Assembly (NCBI GenBank): GCA_023818895.1
Contig: JAMWCX010000001.1
Span: forward strand, 75,539 to 139,538
DNA: 64,000 bases
Origin: Candidatus Omnitrophota bacterium
GTDB taxonomy: Bacteria; Omnitrophota; Gorgyraeia; 2-01-FULL-45-10
Reading direction: 5' to 3'
Part shown: in pieces, positions 50,001-57,813 of the stretch
Numbering within the stretch: position 1 is the first letter of the stretch
Layout: each line of letters opens with the position of its first letter
Notes under the pieces: model-generated
The model's input: only the letters and a program-made list of their open reading frames with translations
Databases searched by the model: none
What the model was told of the DNA's origin: nothing
Translations under genes and position numbers: made by a program

Positions 50001-53000
50001 TGCGGAAACATCTTTTCAATGCCTTTATTATTTCTCTAGCCCCTTCCCTCTCTCCTAGGTACTGTGTTAGGCGTGGAATGCCCGGTGTATTCATGGAGAG
50101 CCATTCGAGCTGCATTACTATTTCAGCTATAATTTGGTTATTCATTTGGTAAAGCGGGTCATCTTCGTGCTGGAGAGAGTCGAATATCCGGTTGGCTATC
50201 ACTTTGATAAGGCCGGGGTTTTGTTCACACGCCCTAACAAGGCCGTTTGTTATAAGCGCGTGATTGACGCAGCAAGGCATATAATGAGTATCATGAGCTA
50301 GGTTGACGATGACTTCAAGCGCGGTGCATATAGCTTCTTTTTGGCTTTCAGTGTTTAGTGAGGCGAGATACGCAGCCAATTCGCTATAACTGCGCTCGGC
50401 CATTTGTTTAATGTCGTTACGGGAAAGCGCGTCCCGCGTGCCTTCGGTATGGTCCATGCCTCCCAAAAGCGGGTGCTCATCGTCGCGCTTAAGTTTCTCT
50501 TCGTAAGAAAGCCAGGTAGTGGCAGAGGTTATTTCCTTGATTTTTTGCCCTTCCTGCCAGTGTTCGATTATCCCGTCCCGTCGCATAGTGGCGAATATGG
50601 GATTGGGTGCGCCGTGGATGTTCGCCGTCCTCCCTTTTTCGTACAATATTACGACATCCGCCTCTTTGCCGGAGGTTTGCTCTCTTACGCCGATCCTTCC
50701 CTCATCAAGATATGACACCAGATCTTGCGGTAGATCACAGGCCGTTATCTTGCCGTTCGAAACCTTTATCCTCCCAATATGTTTGCCATCCTGTGTAAAT
50801 GGATCAAAATCGGCCTTCATCACAGCATATTCGACAGAGTCCGAATTTTCCACCTCCGGCTTCTTATCGCCGGTTTGTTTTATGAGCTTTCTTGCGATAT
50901 GGACAAGTGCCGGATTAACGATGCCTGATATTCCGGAGTGGGACGCACCGTTCCTCCAGGCCGATTTGATGAGCCAGTTCAATACCGTCTCGCCTATTCC
51001 CTTGCCCCTGTCATTTACCCGGATCGTTGTTATGACATTCGTGCCCTTGTAATAATTGACCAGCCCAGCCTTCCTGCCGTCGGCTACAATCTCATATAAC
51101 TTGATAGGGCCTCCTCGATGAGATGGTATTTTGATTTTTATGTCCATAGCGCCTGTCTTTATATTCCGCAGTTTGATGACATTCCACAGGATACCGTAAT
51201 GATACTCTTCCCATATTGTTCCAAAAGCATCTGTTACGGTTCTTATTCGGCCATTTTTATCCTTTTCAATATACTCAAATGGCGCATGACCGTTATTTTG
51301 CCTCGCCACCCATTCAGGTGCTGCCATGTCATCTGGTATGCCTGGACCATCTCCTTCGCCTGACGGCGGATAATCATATGCCTGTATTTTTTTATCGGCT
51401 TTTAAGCCATCAAAATAAGCCAGTCTAGAGGCGATGGCTTTCTCTATTTTCTCTTTGTCCTCGGTCAGCTTGTATTCGAGGATCATTTGGAGTTCCTTAT
51501 CCATATCCATGTCACGAGGGGCTGTCTTTCTTATCTCATCGCGAAGATCCGCAAGCGTCTGGGCATCTTCGGGCCTTGCCAGGCCAATGTATTCTATAAG
51601 TAAATAGGTGTCTTTTTCGTGTATCGTCTCATCGAAGATCCTGACCGGTGTAAGATAGTTTTCTGTTAATACCGCAATTCGGCTTTTATAGGCATCAGAA
51701 GGAACTGTCGATATTTTCGACAGGCGTATCCATATTTTAGCAAGGGCTTCCATCGTGGCGAGCACATCCTCGCTTTTTTCTAATTTACCGATGTTAGATG
51801 TTATGACCTGCTCCATCTTGACAAGTTGTATCTCGGACGCCTTATCAATGTTTCGTATAAAGTTTGTAATCGAAAGCATGATATGTTGCTGTATTTCGGG
51901 TGAGAAGTTTTTGGCGCCATGGCCATCGTCAGCGGGCACGTCCCCTACAGAGAGGCTGTTGTGGTCCATGCCGCCAAGATACCAGTGCTCCTCATCCCGC
52001 TTTAGCATCTCATCACGGGTCAGATTTAAAAGACCGGTCTCTTCGGTCTTCCTGGCCAATATTATGTCAAGCTGCTGAGTCAGGTCAAACCTGCCTATAT
52101 ACTCTTTTGTCCTGTGTTCTATGCCGTAAAAGGCTCGAGTTCTCCTGATAGATGAGGTCACAAAGTCCGATTTTTCATCCGCTCTCATCTTCTTCCAGTT
52201 TTCCGTGGCCTCTTTGCTGTAATAGTCGGGATTAAAGGCTATATACAAAATCCCGCCTCTTTTCAGTGTCTTGGCCGCTGCTGAAATGAGCGCCTCCGGG
52301 TCTTTAACATAAGCCATGCCGGAGGTGATTATCACGGCGTCAAAATGGTTTTCCCACTCGGCGGGAAACTCCGGATTTGCGTTTAGGTCCTGCACGATGC
52401 GTTGGGTAAGTTTCGCGTTGACATTAAGCTCGTCCCTGTTGAGCCCTATTCCGATGATCTCCGACGCGTTTACGGATTGCGGCACATATGTAAAAGCGCC
52501 GCTCATGAGATCAAGGACCCTTGCCCCTCGTGGCAGGTAGTCTTTGAGATAGTCTTCTATGTATGTGGTGGCCGCATCTTCCAGATAGGGTATCGCGCTT
52601 TGCGTGTCAATTAAACTGAAAGATGATTTAACATAATGGAGGATAAGGCTGGTCCTCGTGCCTATTGCCGGCACATTTTCCATATGGAAATTTTCGGCCC
52701 CCAGACAGTGTTCTATAGTCTTGAGGCCGGCGCCCCCTCCCCATAGTCCCGCGTGAAATGCCTTCGTTCTAGATTCTGTGTTATCGTTTCTTGAGGCGGT
52801 ATCGTAGATGTCTACGGTGGTATTTTTTGCCAAAGAATCTATTTTTATGTCGAGGAAGATCGGCTTGCTGAAATCGGCTCTGTTGCCGTGTGAAAACGCG
52901 TTTTTGATGGCCTCCGCGATTGGTGTCATGCTTTTGCCATCGGTGAACGCGTCATCGAGTTTTCCGGAGAGCTTCATGATGGCATCATAAAGATCATCAT

Positions 53001-56000
53001 AAGCGGATTCTTTTTCGGCGAGATAAGCCAGATTCAAAGCCACTGCGTTACCGTTTTTAATGGCCTCGATAATTTTATCCACATTTCCTATGTTTATGTC
53101 AATGACGTTCTTGCCCGTAACACTTTTTACGGAAGCGGCGGTAAAACTGCCAGATATAGATGATGACGGCTCGGCATCTCTTATTCCTGACCAGCCAGTG
53201 GGCTTTGCTTCCTGGGGCCTTTCGAGATCGCGGGCTATGGCGGGATCGGTGGTCTGTTGGGCCGCTGAATCCTGCTTTGTTGCTGAAGGCCTGAGCTCAA
53301 GGTTGCCGTTTTTCCTTACGATGAGGAGCTTGTCCCGACCGGCGGCGCCTATAGCCGCAAGCATTCTTGTCGGTATCATCAAGCGATTGCCCTTCTGGAG
53401 GTTTGCTATAAATTCGCTGTTCGATCCTATGACCGTAAGCATTTCGTTATTTTTGGTATCTGTAATAGACTTGCCGAGCAATGGTTTTATTTTCTGTAAG
53501 AATTGACCGGCGGGATAGACAATGATGCATCTATCGTAACTTTTGCAGAAAAGATAAAAAGGTGCCTTGAATTGTGAGGCGAGGCGGGCGGGTATGGCAA
53601 CTCTGTTATTACTGTCGATAGTTACTTCTGCCAGAATTTCATCCTGGTTATCGTTAAGTTGCGCCTTATCGTTCTCAATGGAGTTTTTCTTGTCTTTATG
53701 TGATAAGTCGGTGTTTTGGTTTTTGGAAGAAGCATTATTTATTATCACCCCGAGTATCGAAACTAAAACCAGCCATTTTGTCGATACTGGCATCGTTCTT
53801 GATGCTGCGCTGGTGTGTCGGTAGGGTTTCTCTGGTTGTCTGAGCTCAGGCGGATCTTCTGCTTGGACAGGATAGAGTAGTTGGCCGTTATGGATCATGA
53901 GTCTGCTGCCATGGGAATTGTTTGCTTTTATGAGCATAACGTTTTCTATCATTCCAAGGTTTTGCAGAGCGCGGTAAATATTTTTTACGGTTCTTAGCCA
54001 ATGGGGACTGAAGATGCCGCTGTTATCCTCTAAGGCATAGCTCCCTTCAAGAATATATATCCTTAATCCCATTTTCTCGGTAAAGTTTGCAGCGATAGAA
54101 TCTTGTATTTCCTGTATAGTGCAAGCTGGCGTGAAATGGGCAAGATAGTGTTTTCCGTTTTGAGGATCGTCTATTGCTAAACCAGCGCATGTGCCGACGT
54201 TGTCGATGTATAAAGGGATATCGCGGGAGTTGATTTTGTAGCTCATCATCGGAACATATACCGCATTCGTGGTGACGTGGCATATCTCCATTGCTTCTGC
54301 TCTTCTCGAGAGGTCTTCCGATAAATTCCTGACCTCTATCGGCGTTATGGCGTAGTAGCGACAGTCCTTCATGGTATCGAGCAGGCCGAATGGTAGTAGT
54401 ATCGCTATGGCGAGTATGATGCCGCTCGCAAAGGCGGCTGGCAACTTCAGCCATTTCAGATGTTGTGCGCGCTTATCACGCTCTCCCCTCTTTTTCTCAT
54501 ACGGCGTGGTTTCATTTTCTCCCTGCACAAAGAAATGGATGAGTTCGTTTTTTGTTCTGTGATGCCTAAATCCCGATATCGGCTCCTTGAATAGCCTGAA
54601 GCCCTCATGCCCCTGAAGTATGAATATGCCGCCGGTTTTTATCTCTTTGAGTTTATCCACGAGTGCATATTCGACATCGTCCGGAGCACCGCCCATAAAG
54701 TAGTAGACAGCATCATACCTACCCAGATCTTCTTTGAGAAAATCCCCCTGCTTTATAGTGACGCTGCCCGGTTTGATGAGCCCTTCTTTTATAAGTTCAT
54801 CAAGCATCTCTTTGGCATATGAGACCTTAGACGGGTCCCACTCGACCATCGTGACCCTGAACCCGAAGACCGACGCCATGAAAAACCCGAAGCTTCCTAG
54901 GCCGCCCCCGAGATCTACTATATGTGCGCCTTCTTTGAGGCCCCATTCCCGCACCGTCGGTCCAACTATGTATTCACTCGAATCCATGAATATGCCGAAC
55001 GCGTTTTTCGGATCCCTGGAGACATACGGATGTTTCTGTCTGTAGTGTTCCTTGAAATCTATGAATGCCCTCATCCTCAAATATTGGGCGCGGCTCAGGT
55101 TCTCCTTTATGCTGTTTATATACTTTTCTCTGAATAGTTCTTCTCTTCTTATTCGGAGCTTTTCGTAGGGTATCGTGCCATCGAGTTCGGCTGAGATATT
55201 AAGGGCGTGATGAGCCCATGACGTGAGGGCAAAGAAAGCCACACTTTGAGGCATGCTCATGAATATCGGTGTGGCCATAACAACAGCATTTAGTAAAGCG
55301 ATAACCGTTATTTTATACCAGGGCGGCGCCTGCGGCATATGCTTGGCCCTGAAATAATGCGAGGCAACGAAAAGCGACCATGTTATGGCCGATGCCCAAA
55401 GACTTCCGGTGATTGGTGTCAAAATAATGGCTAATTCCCAGAATAACGCCTGCTCTATGAAAACCTGGGACCAGCTCTTTATCTTTTGTGGCATTGGGAA
55501 GGATTCGTCTATCTTGTCGATGAGCCAGGCCAATAGCGGTATCTGTCCCCATGCCTCTCCCTCACTAAAATAGTCGGTTTTTGCCTCATCTACATGTGAT
55601 ATAATATTGTCAATATCTTCGTGCAATCCTTTCAGATATGAGCATTTACCGAAATGCTTAACGAACCATTCTATTGTTTGAACAGGTTCGTAAATGGCAA
55701 GATGATTATCGAGAGTGATACCGTCTCGAAGGATTTTCCTGATAGCATCTGATGCTGCCTTAGACTGAGCCAGTTCTTCTAAAAGTTTTGAACGTGTCTC
55801 GCCCTTAAAGAGCTCTAAGATAACAGTTTCTGCCTGCCGGAATGTTGTTGGATTGAATCGTTGGACGAATGCTGTGAGCATTTGTTCCAGCCGAGCGCGG
55901 TTGAACTCATTTTTAGGTGGTGCCTTTTCATAGGCGTATATCTCTGATAAGAGAAACTCAAAATTGGCATTCATAACATCAGTTTGAAACCTGCTTGCAT

Positions 56001-57621
56001 CATCACGTAGTGCCTGGAGCATTCTTAGTAGTTCTACTATTATATTGTTTAGGGCAATATAACGCGAAGCGACAGCTGTCCCGGGAATACAATATTTTTT
56101 GAAATCCGATGCCAGTAGGGAATTTAGCCTTCTTAGAGTTGATTCCCGCGATAAGAGTACTTTCCAGAAGCTTTCCAAGTCCACCGCCCATCCGATTTTT
56201 TTGACCTCGTTAAGATATTTTCTTATATCGGCGTATGTATCCTCAAATATGCGTTCAAGGATTTTAATGGTAGGAATGGCGTGATGCGTCTCAGGGTCAT
56301 TTTCATCATTGAGGTAATCATCGACGTCATCATTGGCGTCATCATCGGGTGGCTGGGTAATATGTGGCGTCCCCGGCCCCCAGAGGAGGTTCTCGCGATC
56401 GTCTTTTTCGTATTCCTTCTCTTTTACATTTGCTGATGCGTTGATGTCGGACCTTTGAGCAGGAGGCTTTGTCTTAGAATGACCCAAAAACTTGTCATCG
56501 ACTTTAGATATGTTTTTGTCATCCTTATCGGCTAAGTTGTGGGTTTTACTCATCGCGGTGTCTTCGTTTGTTTGTATTAAGGGCATGACCTTTACATAGA
56601 CATTTGTGCCGTCACCGAGCGGTATCGTCATATCGGCATCTGTGTTTTTGTCCTCAAGATAATATTTGTAATAATAAGCCTTTACTCCGTTTCTATATAG
56701 TGGCAGATAATACGCCTTCTCTTCTTTGTTATAAAATAGTTCGTTTATCGCCAACCCTGCAAGGAGAGGATCGTTCTTGTTAGCGCGTTTTATATCTACT
56801 AAGGATATGTGGCGTTTTATTTCCGGGATAAGAGTATATTGAGATATACTATATTGTAGATATTTTCCTATCAGGATACTTATATCCCGAAAGACAGCTT
56901 TCTCGCGGAATTCTTTATCGTCAGCGTACGCTATGGCAATAAATTCATTCTCGGCGAATATCTCAGAGGAGTCGTTTTTTTTAGGGATGCGAAGTTGCGT
57001 CTTTGTACCGTCAGCAAAAGGTCGCCAGCTTATCGAGCCGCCTAATCTGCGCATTGTCAGAGATGCGTCAATAACTCCGGTACCATTGCCTCCAAAATGT
57101 TTCTTGAGGTGCTGGGACGACCTTTCCCTTTTTCTGTAAGCTGGAACACCTTCCTTTAGAAGCTCTATTGGCTTGCCATTATCGATTACATTTATTATCA
57201 GTTCGTCAGCGTCATAGTACGCCTCAATTGTGACTACACCTACAAATGATACAATCCCCTTATTGCGCATCTCTTCGAATTTATCAATTATAGAATCATA
57301 CGAGTTTTTCATTATTTCCATGAGCACATCTTCCATTAGGGGGTTTGTGGTAAGGCGCTGATATAGCGGGTTTTTCTCTACTTTTGTCTTAAAGTCCGTT
57401 TTTGAACGCAAAAATGACGATTCGATTTCCGGGTTGAAATTTATCCGAATCTCCGTCCTGGCACCATTTGCAACAGATAGTATAGGGCTAAATCTGCTGG
57501 GAGGGGCAAGGTGGTATGTTGCCTCATTGGTCGCAAAACTTAACTCGTTTAATATCAGGGCAAGAATCAGGAATACAGATATTATTTTTAAAGGCAGGCT
57601 TAGTTTGTAATAACTTAACAT
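47086..57621 (-). CDS. Giant multidomain exported/membrane protein (3,511 aa). Recognised modules in order: signal peptide, GHKL-like, transmembrane cluster, SAM methyltransferase, CheD-like, MraZ/AbrB-like, second SAM methyltransferase, a KRDEEH-LGGMDH repeat plus GNAT-like fold (twice), transglutaminase-like core, and a C-terminal region.
   Basis: A single uninterrupted 10,536-nt ORF with no internal stops and consistent codon usage. Motifs read directly from the translation include: INVIDNGKPI...HFGGNGTGV (HATPase_c-like); HIVDLGGGLGSFGFF...DAVYYF and RVLDLMSGAFTYV...GGILYIAF (class I methyltransferases); VGTCAGLAIDDPQNGKHYLAHF (CheD-like); NRVAIPARL.../GNRLMIPTRM... (MraZ double hairpin); GLVNYYKGTNVITTIRVNDRGKGIGETVLNWL and LVGTLYAFYVNGETTL...RRGLGVEVVRWL (GNAT-like); and C-x24-H-x17-D (KSCLANSAML...FHYLVHT...D). 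Confidence 0.7.
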   Translation of the reverse strand: MLSYYKLSLPLKIISVFLILALILNELSFATNEATYHLAPPSRFSPILSVANGARTEIRINFNPEIESSFLRSKTDFKTKVEKNPLYQRLTTNPLMEDVLMEIMKNSYDSIIDKFEEMRNKGIVSFVGVVTIEAYYDADELIINVIDNGKPIELLKEGVPAYRKRERSSQHLKKHFGGNGTGVIDASLTMRRLGGSISWRPFADGTKTQLRIPKKNDSSEIFAENEFIAIAYADDKEFREKAVFRDISILIGKYLQYSISQYTLIPEIKRHISLVDIKRANKNDPLLAGLAINELFYNKEEKAYYLPLYRNGVKAYYYKYYLEDKNTDADMTIPLGDGTNVYVKVMPLIQTNEDTAMSKTHNLADKDDKNISKVDDKFLGHSKTKPPAQRSDINASANVKEKEYEKDDRENLLWGPGTPHITQPPDDDANDDVDDYLNDENDPETHHAIPTIKILERIFEDTYADIRKYLNEVKKIGWAVDLESFWKVLLSRESTLRRLNSLLASDFKKYCIPGTAVASRYIALNNIIVELLRMLQALRDDASRFQTDVMNANFEFLLSEIYAYEKAPPKNEFNRARLEQMLTAFVQRFNPTTFRQAETVILELFKGETRSKLLEELAQSKAASDAIRKILRDGITLDNHLAIYEPVQTIEWFVKHFGKCSYLKGLHEDIDNIISHVDEAKTDYFSEGEAWGQIPLLAWLIDKIDESFPMPQKIKSWSQVFIEQALFWELAIILTPITGSLWASAITWSLFVASHYFRAKHMPQAPPWYKITVIALLNAVVMATPIFMSMPQSVAFFALTSWAHHALNISAELDGTIPYEKLRIRREELFREKYINSIKENLSRAQYLRMRAFIDFKEHYRQKHPYVSRDPKNAFGIFMDSSEYIVGPTVREWGLKEGAHIVDLGGGLGSFGFFMASVFGFRVTMVEWDPSKVSYAKEMLDELIKEGLIKPGSVTIKQGDFLKEDLGRYDAVYYFMGGAPDDVEYALVDKLKEIKTGGIFILQGHEGFRLFKEPISGFRHHRTKNELIHFFVQGENETTPYEKKRGERDKRAQHLKWLKLPAAFASGIILAIAILLPFGLLDTMKDCRYYAITPIEVRNLSEDLSRRAEAMEICHVTTNAVYVPMMSYKINSRDIPLYIDNVGTCAGLAIDDPQNGKHYLAHFTPACTIQEIQDSIAANFTEKMGLRIYILEGSYALEDNSGIFSPHWLRTVKNIYRALQNLGMIENVMLIKANNSHGSRLMIHNGQLLYPVQAEDPPELRQPEKPYRHTSAASRTMPVSTKWLVLVSILGVIINNASSKNQNTDLSHKDKKNSIENDKAQLNDNQDEILAEVTIDSNNRVAIPARLASQFKAPFYLFCKSYDRCIIVYPAGQFLQKIKPLLGKSITDTKNNEMLTVIGSNSEFIANLQKGNRLMIPTRMLAAIGAAGRDKLLIVRKNGNLELRPSATKQDSAAQQTTDPAIARDLERPQEAKPTGWSGIRDAEPSSSISGSFTAASVKSVTGKNVIDINIGNVDKIIEAIKNGNAVALNLAYLAEKESAYDDLYDAIMKLSGKLDDAFTDGKSMTPIAEAIKNAFSHGNRADFSKPIFLDIKIDSLAKNTTVDIYDTASRNDNTESRTKAFHAGLWGGGAGLKTIEHCLGAENFHMENVPAIGTRTSLILHYVKSSFSLIDTQSAIPYLEDAATTYIEDYLKDYLPRGARVLDLMSGAFTYVPQSVNASEIIGIGLNRDELNVNAKLTQRIVQDLNANPEFPAEWENHFDAVIITSGMAYVKDPEALISAAAKTLKRGGILYIAFNPDYYSKEATENWKKMRADEKSDFVTSSIRRTRAFYGIEHRTKEYIGRFDLTQQLDIILARKTEETGLLNLTRDEMLKRDEEHWYLGGMDHNSLSVGDVPADDGHGAKNFSPEIQQHIMLSITNFIRNIDKASEIQLVKMEQVITSNIGKLEKSEDVLATMEALAKIWIRLSKISTVPSDAYKSRIAVLTENYLTPVRIFDETIHEKDTYLLIEYIGLARPEDAQTLADLRDEIRKTAPRDMDMDKELQMILEYKLTEDKEKIEKAIASRLAYFDGLKADKKIQAYDYPPSGEGDGPGIPDDMAAPEWVARQNNGHAPFEYIEKDKNGRIRTVTDAFGTIWEEYHYGILWNVIKLRNIKTGAMDIKIKIPSHRGGPIKLYEIVADGRKAGLVNYYKGTNVITTIRVNDRGKGIGETVLNWLIKSAWRNGASHSGISGIVNPALVHIARKLIKQTGDKKPEVENSDSVEYAVMKADFDPFTQDGKHIGRIKVSNGKITACDLPQDLVSYLDEGRIGVREQTSGKEADVVILYEKGRTANIHGAPNPIFATMRRDGIIEHWQEGQKIKEITSATTWLSYEEKLKRDDEHPLLGGMDHTEGTRDALSRNDIKQMAERSYSELAAYLASLNTESQKEAICTALEVIVNLAHDTHYMPCCVNHALITNGLVRACEQNPGLIKVIANRIFDSLQHEDDPLYQMNNQIIAEIVMQLEWLSMNTPGIPRLTQYLGEREGAREIIKALKRCFRIWTEETDRAPLTTLPEEDVEISEEKRLRLRAFDRSWYFLEENEKLVGTLYAFYVNGETTLFKNLRIFDKKDTRRGLGVEVVRWLASQAGPNRFIEYYGIPDETHAAFFLRCARAGIFESVEISYEKAGDDKHQNWIAIKDISELEPILKDSNEVRIRGKISSAIKDGARDRDDNISTLSLTTYVSEISNTSSGSRDGLNTDNSNDIINEIKNAVKSMDLKSCLANSAMLTYILNKLGYEAYLVGMYRKNENIPFHYLVHTVKWGEIDLVPYDGEEEDYEWTDRIPESDHSRGLDYLRSTGYLARADQIVSKYQMAEARIIQWADIDKHADAIRKAIKQQGGRVSFLVHPGQIFTASEKNDIVMANQKEAEIYLSNLRKTISAEKGVVFILGGNYNVLKNISTSAIIVDIPSVPRWGIPATEAALPDSIYDQRRWQPVIATMKKLGVTSLAPFGGEEVRYLANGEILKSPEPDSGCLGGALYALERHFSKIVTMPQVLFGLVNKKLTSIDDESLENLFRSFAPPHYDAGTQHLLLPKTGNSLRKSAEFARLLELLEKDPYFTWTVKGQKVGAYIEYDEIPQEFAIEPTEDTKKAYPELATLDMMASDDYVPSSGLFGVIRLRITEHNKKPALLIYDVQPSLGFRNIQPLEIRQRFYEWNRGAIMHIVRLAQKAGFEYFYASTVEELEDRYTGKLRTPIPNSNLKQNYLYPFRGIWVKVNAEIDGRKTKLWHLQAASEVNAKISDSKTILTEDENKTGSFLQPSDTSGYSPDEQPRAELARIEAVKFSDIVKLIRAANQKEPVILALGTSWIKGYMRGNGPQYADLNQHIIMIRNFCNDRGITFIDREDKDLLSEIAKAREITPAARVVVLASRDTVISREFEYLRNDEKAFLAGVDASGLDESCYMYLTEMLAMALKLGLKDVLAAEDALDNPAVRAEALKDCRNVFIFLPKAERIPVYENLRRLYKVQEFA

Positions 57622-57632
57622 AGATTGAATAA

Positions 57633-57660
57633 ATTATATCACACAATCGTGTTAAGTCAA
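57633..57660 (-). promoter_or_regulatory. Near-consensus sigma-70 promoter for the giant gene (minus-strand read: TTGACT, a 16-nt spacer, then TATAAT)
   Basis: On the minus strand, revcomp(57655-57660) is TTGACT and revcomp(57633-57638) is TATAAT. The -10 hexamer lies only 11 nt upstream of the ATG at 57621, implying a very short or leaderless 5' UTR. Confidence 0.45.
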
Positions 57661-57813
57661 TAGAAAGATAGCTAACTTTTGTCAATCTAACACTTATCTA
57701 TAAAAACTATGCGTTTATAACATATATATTTGTATGGGATTGCCTTGATCAGGTATTTTTAGGATTTCGAGTTCACATTGGTTCGACATAAGGTGGCGTA
57801 GTAATGAGGTTGT

